Source: Pelomyxa schiedti (Eukaryota > Protista > Evosea). From it: a DNA stretch of 50,350 nt. Made by a program: the position numbers and the translations under genes. Positions 24,192 through 37,327 of this stretch are shown here, one piece after another (the first letter of the stretch is position 1; every line of letters starts with the position of its first letter). The stretch lies in the NCBI GenBank assembly GCA_020536535.1, contig JAHLWZ010000233.1, positions 1-50,350 of the forward strand, in the 5' to 3' direction. The notes beneath the pieces are model-generated. The model saw only the letters and a list, made by a program, of their open reading frames with translations. It was not told the DNA's origin and did no database searches.

Positions 24192-27100
24192 ATGCTACTC
24201 GGTGATGAGACAAGAGAACCGTGCATGGGTCACCTAGACGACGCAAGGGATCCCTGGTCACCCTGTGATGCCGCGGAGCGAGCCGAGCGGAACCGCATGG
24301 AGTACTTCCGCGGAATCTCAGCAGCGGCTGCTGCTGCTGCTAGTAATGCTGCCGCAGATACTGCCAGTGTCACGGAGGGGTGTACCAATGCACCAGGGGG
24401 AGGAAGAGGAGGAGGAGGCAGGGCCAAGAGGCCTCGCACGAGCACGAGCAACCTCGGGCCAGAGAGCAACACAGTGGCGAGGAACTTCAGGCCTATGGGG
24501 GGGACGGTCCGATGGACGCCGGAGGGCCAACGTACGTGGGTGTGTGTGTCTAGTGTGTGTGATGAAGTAGTAGTGGTCTGTGAGTTGAACTTGGTATAAT
24601 CCTGTAAATTGCTGCGTGCGTGATGGATGGGCTGTAGGGAACTAACTCTAACAGAAGTAAAAAGGGAGCGTGGAATTTTTGGTCAAGTGTTATGGAGAGG
24701 GACACCCGGAGTTGTTTCGGACTCAGACATATTTGCTTGTGGCACCTTCCAACCGAATTAAGGAGACCGAAGGTCTTTGTTCTACTACTTCTTCTTTATC
24801 ACCTGGGAATCGCCTCAAGGTTGGTTATTCTATGCCCCTCTTTTTCTGATTCAGAATTTAGAATGGCCTGATGATGCTATCAGAGATCGATCCACACCCA
24901 AATATCAGCAGGTGTTTCTGCCACTTTGAGGATAGCATCCCCCAGGAGTTTTACGACTCCATCCTAGTGATCCAGGAGGAGAAGCCTGAAAGGCAGAGTA
25001 AGTTTGATTGGTTTGTCGTTGAGCACCAAACTGAGACATTGGGAAACCTGTTGAGAAGGAACTTTCCAAGTAAAATAAACACACCCTGGTGCATCGTGCA
25101 CAAGTATTCAAGGGACATTAGTGCGGCTCTTGTCCACTTGTTCACCCATCACGTTATACACTTTGGATTGAGTTTGGATACGATTGCTGTAACAGCAGTA
25201 TGTATTATTTCTATTAATACTGGGCAGCCTTACAATGAAAGTATAGAACAAGGAACAAGCAATTTTGGTAGACCTTCTTGATTGTTCATTTTTGTCTGCA
25301 ACAAACAGCAAGTTGCTCAGAATGAGCGAAGTTTCACAGGTTGTTCTGCCCGAGAATGAAAGTCGTACAGCTCCAGAGATTCTCAACGGAATTTCCTCCT
25401 CGTACAGTGCAACTCTAGCCACAAACGGTGACACAACGTTAGATTGTGAAAAGGTATCCCTCAATAATGAACTTAACAGCTTATTAATAGCCAACACAAG
25501 CAATCATCATTTGAACTTGGATGTGCTCTGTTTGAGCTTGCAATGTGTGGACAGCAACATCCAGTCCCTGGGTATCCAAAAAGCTTCCGTGGAACTGATG
25601 GCCTGATACCACTGTCACAGCAGAGCGAGAAAGAGGCCTCATTCCCTATCAAACCACCGGCATTCCCAAAGGAGTTCTGCAACCTGGTTCGCGGATTGCT
25701 TCAGTTTGACCCCACAAAGAGACCCACACTCCTGGAAGCACACAGAACCCTAATGACCATTGAGTCACCAAGTCCCTTAGAACTCCTATCGTTTTACTCT
25801 AATGCTCTTCCCACATACAATGCAGGTATGGAAACACAAAAAGCAAATACTCACTTTACCATACCCTAACAAGGCAATACACAGGGTCACTGACAATGAA
25901 AGCAATGTGCCAACTTCACAGTGAGTTTCCGATTGATGAGTGTGTGTCCACTCTCCGCGATGCACTTCAATGCACTCCTTCATTTCCACCAGCGTTATTA
26001 CTCCTTCATTGCCTCAGTTCCACATCCATCATAACACCTGTGTTGCTAGACAAAAATGAAAGGAGAGAAACTACTCGAGTCCTCACAGGAAGGGGACTCG
26101 TAACGGCCACTTCTGTGGAGTTCAAAAGAGCCATTATCAACTGGCAACAACACACAAGCACACCCCCTGAGCTGATGATGATGGCACTATGGACGAGGTA
26201 CATGTGCAGCGATGGTAGATGTCGCAGCAAACAACAACCTTTGCAGTTATCGCTGGCACAGCAACAACTTTTCTCATCTTCCATTGTTTTGAAGCTTTGG
26301 GCAAATTTGTGTGCCACAACGTTATACGAGCAGATGTGGAGTGACAAGATATCTGCCTGTTTATGTAGTTTCCTTTCACCTACAACCACATTTAACATGC
26401 TGGAAAAGATGGATGTAATCCCCGAAATGAGATGATGATGAAAGCCCTTTTAGAGTGGGAGTGTGGCAATACTACTTCTGCAATCAATTATGTTATGCAA
26501 GCCTATGTGCATTTCAACTCTGAAAGCCTTTCTGGTTCTCCCGTGCATTTTTTTCACCAGGGCTCAACAAAATTCCAGAGGATGAGGAATCTTATCAGCA
26601 GCACTATCTTCCTGGTTTGATTTTTCTATATGGCCTGGGTCGTCTTACAACAGACTGTGAGCAACTTGCGCTGCATCAAATTCCTAAATACCTGTCATCT
26701 GCCCTTTCACGTGCAAGCTCGTCAACATTCTCAAAATTGCGTGACTTTTGCAGTGGGGTGTTGGCATTCAACAAGAAAAACAAAGCAGTTGCAATGGGGA
26801 AGTCTAGTGATCCGATTATTGACGAGTGGAATGACCTTCTTTCAGCTGTAGCAGCAAAGGTCTTTCATGTGCAAGCTTCCAATCGCAGGAAATCAGAAGT
26901 AGAGGTTGCAGTTGAAGACAAAGATATTGTGAGAGGTGGATGGTGTGGATGTGGAACCAATGAAACTGGTCTGAATGAAGACCTATTAATTAATCTCCTA
27001 GAATCAGAGATCAACATCGACAGCAACAGCAATACTATTAACCCGTGTATGTCATGGTCATGTGCGTTCTTTGTTGCACTTTGGATGGTTTGTTGTCTGC

Positions 27101-28296
27101 GAGATTGCGGTATCTCCATTGTAACTCGTCTTTCAAAATTGACTTGGACAACTGCCACTTCATTAACAGCATCACGGTGTGGAAAATCACCTCAACCACC
27201 CCCATTACTGAAGCCTGCATACGTTTCGCTACTGGGTTTATGCTATTACAGCGGCTCCACTGGAGTTCCAAAGGACCTTACCAAGACAGTTTCTCTCTGG
27301 GAAAGCGCCGTGAGTGATGGTGATGCCGTAGCAATGTACAACCTCGGCTGCCTTTACCAGGGAAAAGGTGTCTGCCGCGACCCCAAAAAAGCAGCCTCAC
27401 TCTATCAGCAAGCCATTGACTGCAGAAAAATCCCGCGGGCAATGTACCTTCTTGCAATCTGCTACGCCGGCGGGCACGGCGTCCCCAAAGACTTGGGAAA
27501 AGCTGTTGCACTGTTTCGGAGGGCAGCGGCTTCTGGTGAATCCTCAGCAATATCCTACACCGCCGAGTGGTACATCAGAGGCTATCACGGCGTGGAAAAG
27601 GATGTCAGCAGAGCAGGGAAACTGTACAAAAGGGCCGCAGAATCCGGCAACCTCCGGGCACTCTGCGACCTAGCCGTATGCTATGACAACGGCGAGGGGG
27701 TGCCCAGGGACCCCCAGAGGGCCCTGGCTCTGTACCAGCGGGCCGCGGACCAAGGGGACACGCAGGCCATGAGCTACCTCGCCAACATCTACGGGCTGGG
27801 CAGCCGCGGGGTCGCCAGGGACCCCCGCCGGGGCGCGGAGCTGTACCAGCGGGCGGCGGACAGGGGCAGCGCCCTGGGGATGTACAACCTGGCCATGTGC
27901 TACAAGACCGGGCAGGGGGTGGAGCGGCCGGACCCGGGGAGGGCCGCGGGGCTGAGCTTCAGGGCCGCGGAGAGGGGCAACGCCGCGGCGATGAACTTCC
28001 TGGGGGCGTGCTACGAGTCCGGCGAGGGGGTGTGCAGGGACATCAGGGCCGCGGTGCAGTGGTACAGAATGGCGGCCCATTCCAAGAGCGGGGGTGGTAG
28101 GCGGTCACTGGAAGCTGTACTTGGTAGATTCAGCGACTCGGCGGCACCTGGGGATGATGATGCTGATGACTCGTCCTCTTCTGACTCATCTTCTTCATCA
28201 TCTTCTGAATCCTCTTCCTCATCATCTCCAGTGTCCTCTGCGTCAGATTCGAGCATCCCTGACAGCTCCAATGCGTCTGAGCTAGAGAGTGAATGA
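24192..28296 (+). CDS. Degenerate protein-kinase-like domain plus Sel1-like repeats (multi-exon)
   Basis: HPNISRCF, HVIHFGLSLDTI (HRD lost), DLL (DFG lost), RTAPEILNG, SFELGCALFE, LLQFDPTKRPT; about 8 Sel1 repeats (AMYNLGCLY..G.GV..D...A..LY..AA) at ~27230-28090; start approximate. Confidence 0.75.
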
Positions 28297-28392
28297 CAAA
28301 ACATTGTTTATTTGTTCTCCCCTGTATCCTTGGATTGAGGAAATGGAAATGACAGATTTTCGTTGCAACATACCAACAGATGGAAAAACAAC

Positions 28393-28813
28393 AAAAAAGA
28401 AGGTGATGATTGTGAAGTGTGCAACTCCAACGATCCCATGCAGCACCCCAACCCCTCCCATTCCGCTTTGGGAATTGGAACCGACCAGTCCGATAGCATG
28501 ACGACCCGGGAGAAGCACCACCCACAAAGGGGCGGCACCCTTGTCCTCTCGACTCGACACACCATCAAACCCGCCGGACCCAAGTTTTATTTGCTCGCAG
28601 GGAGCGGAACGAAAGGGGGCTGGGAAACCACATTTTGGTTGGGACCGCGGAGGAAATCAAGTCCCGCAAACTACCGATGAATCGAAAACTCGCGGGACAA
28701 AATTCGAAGAAAACATCTTGTTTTTGAAAACGGTTTAGTTGTTGGGATTCCAACTCACATCAGAACCCTCTTTGTATTGAATAGAAGTAGCACACTTCAA
28801 TTGCATCGCCTCC
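28393..28813 (-). ncRNA. Putative structured Pol III-type ncRNA, copy 2 (inverted relative to copy 1)
   Basis: Reverse complement matches 9128-9165 exactly and 9253-9574 with ~17 differences (manual count); ends in T6. Confidence 0.6.
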
Positions 28814-28839
28814 GGAAAAGACTGCCGGGACTCAGGCTT

Positions 28840-28876
28840 TTTAAATCCAAGAAAATCCCCGAATTGGTATTATGGG
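28840..28876 (-). promoter_or_regulatory. Putative CCCATAA element (-63) and TATA-like TTTAAA of ncRNA copy 2
   Basis: TTATGGG at 28870-28876, exactly 63 nt from inferred start 28813; TTTAAA at 28840-28845. Confidence 0.55.
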
Positions 28877-29046
28877 CCCCTGTTCCTCAGCCGAGTTCTG
28901 CTCTGCACTTGTTAGTTGAGACAAGATTCTACTATGTCATATTTGTGTGCGTGTTCTTCTTTTGTGCAGTAGTGTGGGACTGCGGACTTTCCTTCGTTAG
29001 CCAAAATTGGTCCAATTACCGCGCGTTGAAGGAAAAACCGGCCACG

Positions 29047-32000
29047 ATGGCTGCCGATAAGCTAGTCATACATTCGCTTATAATTAGTGGCGCACTGGGC
29101 ATAGGCAAAGTTCGTTCCTTATTCTCCGTTGATTATGTTGTTTTTGGCATGCAATTTGATAGGCGTTTGCAGGGCACTCTGGAGGTGGAATTGTCCAAAC
29201 GATACCGTTCTGGAACTAGTTTCTATTCTATAAAAAGCAGCTCTGGTAATTGGTTTTTTTGTTGTTGTTTCCCATTCTGACTTACGATTCACAATAGGCA
29301 ATGTTCACGTTGTACGACCCACAAGTACTTTAGTTCATGAAATAGTAATAAAAAAAACCTAAACCATCATAGCAAAAACAAATTTAATGAAATTATCCAG
29401 ATGTTGGCCACCATGAGGAGTGCTATGGAGACTGGGTACGGTATGGACCTTTCCATGGCGCTAATGTATTTGTGCTGTGTGTTGCTGTTGACTGTCCATA
29501 CAGCATTGAGCAACTCACAGAGTTGGTTAGTATTTCTATCCTTGAGCTATCTTCCAATGATACACCTGTAGTACTTTGTAGAGGCACACACCATTGTGCC
29601 AAAAGCACCTGTTATAGTTGCTGGGCTTAAAGCTGACTTGTATCAAACTGGTATTGTACCTTCTTATGATTCACAGAGATTACTTTCTCGCCAAGAACTA
29701 CAACAAGTAAAAAAGCCAATAGGTAATGCAACGTCACTCTACTTCAGGTGGCGGACAAAATTGGGGCATTTGCTTATGTCCAGCTCAGTTGCAAGACTGG
29801 CCAATACCTGGACCAATTAATGCAAGTTATAGGAGATGCCCTTGATTACTCTATAGCTGCAGCTGGAACATCCCCTCCAGCAACTACACCTAGCCGTACA
29901 CTGCTTAACTTTCTACATGTGGAATTCACGCTCTAAAAGGTGGTGGTATCACAAAATTTTTTGAGAAACTGTGGTCCTCTGATCCCAAGCCAGAAGATCC
30001 GAAAGTTAAACCAGAAAAGGTTGGCTCAGGCAGCACTAAAACCCCAGGGGTAAGGTGCACCACTCTCGAAATATTTGGTGGCGGTACCAGCATAAGTCCT
30101 TACTTCAGGTGAACAAGTGCTATCTTTACTTTTCAATCAAACAACAAGCAGTTATGGACATACTTCTGCGGTACACAAAAATAAAGTCTTCTTCTTTGGT
30201 GGCGTTGGACTTCAGAAGGGACTGCGCTCATCCCCTTTTATTCTGGATATGTCTACTGAGAAACCCCATTGGGTCCAAACTCTTCCAGTTGAAAGTGGTG
30301 CTCCTGACCTGCATGACACTGAATCCATTTCCCCACCAATTATGCCTACTGAGTGCCACACTGGAATAATTCCTACTGGAACCCAAGTGGTAGCAGTGGG
30401 TTCATTTCCAGCGATGTGTGTTTTTGCACCATTAGTCCTCCTATTTGGTGGAACACATGGAGGATCAGCCACAAACCGCCTCCTTTCCTATGACATGGAT
30501 ACTGGTGTATGGAGCTGCCTGTTTCCCCATTCCGTGAAGTCCACAACTGATAAGTTTCCTGATGCATGTTATGGAGCCTCTCTCATTCGGTAACACTTTC
30601 CGGTCCTACTTTCTTCTCTCTAAATATTTTCTAGCTTTAAGACTAAACTATTTTTATTCGGAGGTTGTCTTCGAGGTACTTGCAGCTGTCAATTTTTTGG
30701 TATGTTCCTCTCGTCATTGTGGAGGATAAGACCCAATAGAGTTTGATCTTGATTCTCATACCTGGACATGCATACAAGAGTCAAAAGTCCCACCCCCTCG
30801 TTACCACCATAACGCTTTTACAAATAATGGGTATGTATAGTTCAGTGGTATTTTGGGAATGCTTAGTGTTTTTCCCCCGTAGAGGTGTAATGTACATTTT
30901 TGGAGGCCTTGGTGAAGATAATGCCAAGTTGAGTGACCTCTGGGCGTATGATCTTAACTCTCGCTTCAATGGAAAGCACACAGGTTGGAAGCAGATTGCT
31001 ATTAAAGGTTCGGTCCGACCAACACCGCAGCGTGGTCATGTGGGTTGCATGATTCCATGGTCCCACACCTTCTTATTGTGCAGTTACTCAAATAGCAATC
31101 CACACTCTGAGCTATTCGAGTATGTTCTTGTCCACTTCCAATATTTCAACTAACTCTGAGAAAACTTTGAGATTGGATCTTGGTTCCTTTTCATGGAGCC
31201 AAATAGATTTCGACTCTTCTTCTGTTGCTCGAGAAGTTTGTCCTTATTACCCCTTCTTCTTCGTAATTAACAATGGCGTAAGTTCCATTCCGTCACTCAA
31301 TATGGCTCTTCGTTACTAGTTTCTGGTGGGATGTGGAGAAGAGCTGAGGGCGGTCTTCTGGGTGATGCTTTCCAACTTTCATTTCCCGCATATGTCTCTG
31401 TTGTACCATTATTACCTTATGAAACCTGGATGTATCTTTTGAGCTTTCTGCAGCCTGCAGATTTATGCCGTCTTGGCCGAGTATTCCGCCTTTCTTTTTC
31501 TTTCCACATCTAAAAAGTGAACTTCGTAGACTTGTAGAGACTTCTATTTAGTATGTGGAGCAGATCAATTGTGGCGGCCGTATGTTGAGGAGTCAATAAG
31601 AAACGAGAAAAACCTCCGGCGAAAATGTACAAATACTAAGGATTGCAATACTTCTCACCATTTTCTTCTCTTAGTTCTGGATGTTGGTTTCGTTTGGAGA
31701 AATCCGACTCCAGGAGTGTTGAAGTATATCCCGCCTTACTGGACAGTTTGTGGAAATCTGGGTTGTTATCGCAATGCTTACTTCACCAATAGGAGCCCCA
31801 ACGGGTTGTCTATGAGTGTTTTTTGGGGAGTGCATGTATCCTCATGGGTGATTTGTCACTAAGGTTCTTCTTCCATCGTGCTCCATTTTAATTTCGTAAC
31901 TTCTTTCTAGAGCTGTAAATTCCGTCAGACCTGGTGATTTCGTAATGACTGAGGCCTACAAACCTCACAGGATACAAGAAATACGCAAAAAGAAGGTTGA

Positions 32001-32490
32001 TAAGCGCTTCAGGTTGACATCCATCATCGTTTCACAATGGACTAATCACAAACCAGGATGGTGTTCTTGAATGGCGTTGGACTGACAACAGGACACCCAG
32101 TGTTTGTGCATGGACAATGGGTCCGCAGTTGTGATATTGCACAACCTACACTGTTGTGTGATTACCAGACGAATTCCGCCTCGAATGATGACTACACCAT
32201 ATACAACTTCGTGCTTGAAGGTGGACCGTTGGTGTGTGCTACAAACAACTTTTTGAAGCAAAGAACTTATCTAGAACTAAAGGTTACGGACCACAGTGTC
32301 ATCTTAAATGGACTCTTGGTGTGCACCCTTGGTAAGAATTGTGGTGAAAAATTCCGCACGGAGCACCCTGAGGCAGATTCCAAGTACTTCAAAACAAAAA
32401 AAGAATTCGCTCATCCAAATCACATCTGGCAGGTACGGAACTGGTTTTTGGGCTATCTACACTCCTCCCACCAGTGCCATCCGTTTGTAG
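29047..32490 (+). CDS. Divergent Rho-like GTPase - Kelch repeats - F-box - Hint (Vint-type) fusion protein (multi-exon)
   Basis: GALGIGK P-loop, ANVFVLC, APVIVAGLKAD, QLSCKTG; Kelch (YGHTSAVHKNKVFFFGG, LLFGG, MYIFGG...DLWAYDL); F-box LLPYETWMYLLSFLQPADLCRLGRTCRDF; Hint CFLGSACILMGD...VRPGDFV...LTTGHPVF...IYNFVL...HSVILNGLLVCTLG; key domain junctions checked in frame by GT-AG introns. Confidence 0.78.
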
Positions 32491-32699
32491 CCAATGTAAT
32501 GTTTTTTCTTTTGGGAATCATTCTTTTTCTCTATTGTTCCCTGTTCTCTTTCTAGGCGGCATGGCGTTTCGCTCTGGAGCGCTACAGTCAAGTCCAGACT
32601 CAGCCACATGGCTAATGAGTGATGATCACCTCGCCACATTTTTCTGCATCTTTGATTGTTGTATTTGACTGGCAGCCGAAAAGACTGCACTGTTTGCTC

Positions 32700-33570
32700 C
32701 ACGACCTGTGCGCATGAAAGTAGTGCCTCGTGCTGTCCGTCGCGTTGTGGCAAGACATCCTTTATTCGTCGCCTTGCGTACAATGAGTGGGCAAATGCCA
32801 CCACAACTGCGGTTTGGCTCCCATTCAAGCCGTTTTGATGAGGGTGCACTCATTTTGTTGCCGTTTGTTTGTTGTACCTAAACAGGGAGTTGCGTAGCAT
32901 ACCTGTCAAGTTCGACTGCTTGGGAAACGTGTGAGTGCCGAACTGTGCGACACTGCAGGTATTAAAGCAATGCGTCGCTTTTTTTCCCTGTTTGATGATG
33001 ATGTCACAGGGGAAGAGAAATTCATTGCACTCACTGCTGTATATTCACTGCCGCCGTATCACACTATTTATTTTTACTAGACATACTGCAGGATGGCCGA
33101 TGGTGCCTTTATTGTTTTTGACATCACTGATCCAGCTTCACTTGATCAGGTGCTTGACTGGAAAAAAGTCATTGACAGGGAAACTACCAAACCAAATATG
33201 CCAGGAATACCCTGCTGGCTCGTTGCTCACAAGGTACTTAATATCTATTCAAAGGCTGCACAGTAACACCTGTACAGTGCGACCTCCCCAAAAAAACCCA
33301 CTGAAAACTGTTGAAGAACTTGAGAACTTTTCAAATGACACAAATTCAGTGGCTGGTATGAGCTATTTATTGATTGTGCCCTCTTTCAAGCACAAACCAA
33401 CAAAAAAACAAGGTCACTTTGCAGTTCAAAAGAGAATTTGGGAAATGAGGCGGCCCTGAATGCCCTCTTAACTCTAACTGGCCCAGTTCTTCAAACATCA
33501 ACCCATGTTGTCACTATTGTCACTGCTGTAGTTTCTGACCACAAATTGCCTTGCCCAGTTTTCAGACTAA
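32700..33570 (+). pseudogene. Rab32/38/29-like small GTPase pseudogene (intron-containing)
   Basis: PSRCGKTS, CDTAGEEKF, ADGAFIVFDIT, IPCWLVAHKCD, GWSLCSSKEN recognisable, but in-frame TAG at 32895-32897 and frameshifts before the P-loop and after G4 (A7 run 33290-33296). Confidence 0.65.
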
Positions 33571-34850
33571 AAGCAATATATCTCTTTGAGTTGTACGACA
33601 CAATTTTACCGTAAAAAAAGACTGAGAAATTTAATTGGTTGTGTCGTTGGGTGTTGTCAAGCATTGCCCAAGGGGCCCTGCTGGGGGGCCCAGAACCCTG
33701 CTGTTCACAAGAAAAATCGATTTTCCCCTAACAGTGAAATTGTGCTCTCCAACTCAAAGAGATATCTGACGACATATCAATCTCTTTCCTTTCAACCAAC
33801 AAGCACCCACAAAGAAGGATCCATGACAAATGTGTGTTTGTTCTGCACACTCACAAAGAAAAGCAACAAAACAATAACCACTCTGACCCACATTCCAATG
33901 AAGCTAATGGGAGTCCCCAGTACCCCTTTGCATAATTCATCACCCTTATAAGCAGATTCGGTCAAGAGTATCACCACACAAAAAAAATAATAAAAGGTAT
34001 CATAAAAGATAAAAAAGATCTTCGGCAACAACGTGTACCCGGTGCGGTGTGCCGAATTCATGCGACACTACTTTTTGTGAGAACACGACAATTAGTGTAT
34101 GTATGTGTCTGTTTTGGTTTGCGCACGTCACTGTGTAACACATCTCAATCACGCCACAAACTACGATAAACGCCATGCCTGGCTACTTAAAAACCCACTT
34201 GTTGTTTGGAAGATAGAACAACCTTTTTATGTGTGACGTGTATTACAGCCAGTGAATACTTTGAGGTAGCTAAGTGTTTTGGCACAGTGGCGGCAAAGAA
34301 CACTGTCTCTGTCCAAACACCTCTGAAGAAAGGTATGAAAGTGCTCCTTTTCCTCACAAACTGACATCACACACAGAGAGAGAAGAGGGAAAAATCGGGC
34401 TCTTGTGGGATTATTTGGCTACTACAACTACAAACAAGTCAGCCCAAAAGAAGGGGCAGCAAAAAGGGAGGCTTCTCAGCTGCCCCCCAACAACCACCAA
34501 GGGTGACTGTTTGTTTGAACGAACTTGAACTGTGGTCTCTTCTGGCTTGTAGATATCAAAACAAAAAAAACGGGGGGGAACCAACCTCTATTCTGCCAAC
34601 AAGCCACCAAAGTTCGAAAAATGAACCCCACTGCCACTATCCTCATTCATCAAAGAGCAACCAACAGTCAAGCAAAAGCAAAGCCCACTCAAAGAACAAA
34701 AGATCCCCAATCAGAGACGACACTGTTCTTTTTCGATTTTTTTTTTGGTGTGGCTGTGGCGAGGTGTGATGGGTTTCCCCTGCGCCACAGTGGCTCTGGA
34801 CTTAGTGGTGGTCCCACCGACACCCAGCAAACCCACCGCGAAGGAACTAC

Positions 34851-37199
34851 ATGTGGAGTGCTTCAAGAGCTACGACGTTGACAGGGAAACGCGAGCGTGA
34901 TTATGGTGTTGCTACACATGACGGCGATTGTTGTGCAGTACGACTCACATACGACGTAGACAACAACGACGAAGACTACGAGGACGGCGTAGGAGTGGTA
35001 GTTGAAGGAGCAGCGGTTTTGTTGTGCGGGCCAGGGGGAGGCCGCGGTGGCCGGGGCATGGGCATGGGCATGGGTTGCAGAGGAAGGGGAGCGGGAAGGG
35101 GGAGAGTCCGGGGTCGGCGTGGGGGGAGGGGCGGCGGCGGCGGCTGGCGCAGTGGTGCTGTTGTTGGTGTTGGTCGCGGCGTGCCACGTACGCCGCCGTG
35201 GATGAGCCCGCCGCAACCTGTGGTGTTCCCTGCATCCGCGCGAATGTTACTCGGCGTGAAACTCTTCGTAGACGCCGCGCCGCAGGACATCCTGTCGCAC
35301 TTTGATGGGTGTGTCGCTGTATCACACCACCCAATTCCTACACTAAAAAAAAAAAAAAAAACAAAAACATCACAGATCAACAGAACTGTGGGTGGTGCCA
35401 CCAAACATATACGTGATATTCGAGGAAAATAGGGCTCCAGAAGCTACAGTACTAGAAGAAGACTGGCCAACTGCCAGAACATACTTGGTGAAGGTCTCCC
35501 CTGAGTGGATATTCCACCCTTCAACTAGGCAGCGGCCCGACATTCCCATGGGGTTGGGGTCACCCTTCTGCCGCCGTATTTTTGGGTTTGACAAGTCGAC
35601 CCCCAAGTACAAAATGGTTGAGCATTTCTTACAATACGGAATTGAAGTAATGTATGTTCCCTCATGTTTTCAAAACACCTTTCAAATGTATTCATGCCAA
35701 AAACGTACCCCAATCGAAAGAAAACACCGTCTAATTCTCTCCTACTAGGGAAAATGATATTCACCGGCCAAATAACCACTGTTATGTCTGTTTTGCAGAT
35801 GTGCGCGATGTTGCCCAGGCATCTTGTACAATGCTGCATGATTTTCCCATTTTTTCCGTTGTTCCTGCTGTGGAGTATCACTTGCGCTTAAATCCCCTCC
35901 AAGTGTATATGAAAGAGCAAAGAGTCACTGGTCCAACAAATAAGAAGTGTAAGCCCCTCAAACATGTTGCTGAATACAGCCAAATCAAAGAGGATCTTGC
36001 AGTTAAAGAAGCAGGACTTAAGCTCTGGCTCAGCAAAGAGTGCAAGAAGATGGAAACTGCAGGAACCGGGTTTGCTTACACAAGCATCAAGCAAGCACAG
36101 CAGGCTCTCTCTGACCTGGAGAGAAGGGCTCCGACTCTGAGGAATGACCTAGCTGTAAAATCGACAGAGCTGCAGACCCTCCAGCAGAGGGTAAAGGTAC
36201 AACAAGCTAAAACTATAAAAAACTGAAAGAAAACCCACAGGACATTGAACTTGGTTATTCCAGCAGTGTTGGCATCGCTGAAGAAGAAGAAGCAGCAGCA
36301 GCACGAGTGCCAAAGAGACAACAAGCCAGCAGTACTGAAGACAGTACACTTGAAAGTGCCATATCTACACTGCAGGGAGCACTCACAAAACAGCTGGCAA
36401 TGCTTCAGCAAAGGCTGCTATCTACACAGGAAGTGAGTTCATCCTCCACCAACCACTGTCTATTCACTCTCTGACACTTTGTGATTATTCATAGGAATTC
36501 GAGCAGCACTCCAAACTTGTATCACAGTGGTTTAGGGACACCAGTAAAACTATTCAAGATGGCATACCAACTCCTTCTACTTTTGTCAACGTAGATTTTT
36601 ATGGCTTCAAGCCGACAATGGATGAATTCGCTCGGACTTACATAGAACTTGAAGAGGCTATAGAATTAAAGGAAAAGGAAGTACATTCAATACAGAACCG
36701 CATTACTGTGCGTACCTTAGGCTGTTTAGCACCTCACGCTTCCTTCTAATAACTGCAGAAACTCGGAGGAACTCCGAACAGTGACACAATCGCCGCGTTT
36801 AAAACTGCGAAGCGCTTACTTGAGCAAGCCCTGTTACAAACTGGGGATGCCCACAGGCTAATTCTGAAGGAGAAAATCGAATCGCTACAGGCCCGCTCCA
36901 TCACGGCAGCCCCCGCACCATCGCCACCAACCACCGCACCAGGCACGACCGCACGGGCTCCGCACCAACCGCCGCCACCAGCCCGTACCGCTGCTACACT
37001 CCCCGGCACAACAGCCGCTGCAAAAATCACAGCCCCGGCACATGATCCGCCTGGCCACTCCTCACCCTCCGTGCCCTCCTCTCATCCCCATGCTCATCGT
37101 CATCATCACCATCACCATCACCATCACCATGTTACTTCCACAACACCACTCACTTCCACAACCACAAAGCAGAGCGGCGGTTCCGCGGAATCGCCGTGA
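34851..37199 (+). CDS. Hypothetical protein with RGG/Gly-rich N-terminus, coiled coil and Pro/His-rich tail (multi-exon)
   Basis: Exons in ORFs 34851-35432, 35392-35748 and 35801-36226 joined by GT-AG introns; last exon ends ...HHHHHH...AESP* at 37197-37199; start uncertain. Confidence 0.5.
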
Positions 37200-37327
37200 A
37201 TTTGAATTCGCATACACTCTAACCCACCACACAACACTCCACTATCAATCAACAACAAGGAGTACTTGTTGTGTTGAGCCTGACCCACCCCAAATGTTCA
37301 TAGACTTGTAAAAAGCCTTTTGGCAGC

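Noticed and set aside
32895-32897. Stop-codon reassignment or readthrough of TAG
   Set aside because: The same locus has frameshifts, and other genes in the window terminate at TAG; pseudogenisation is simpler.
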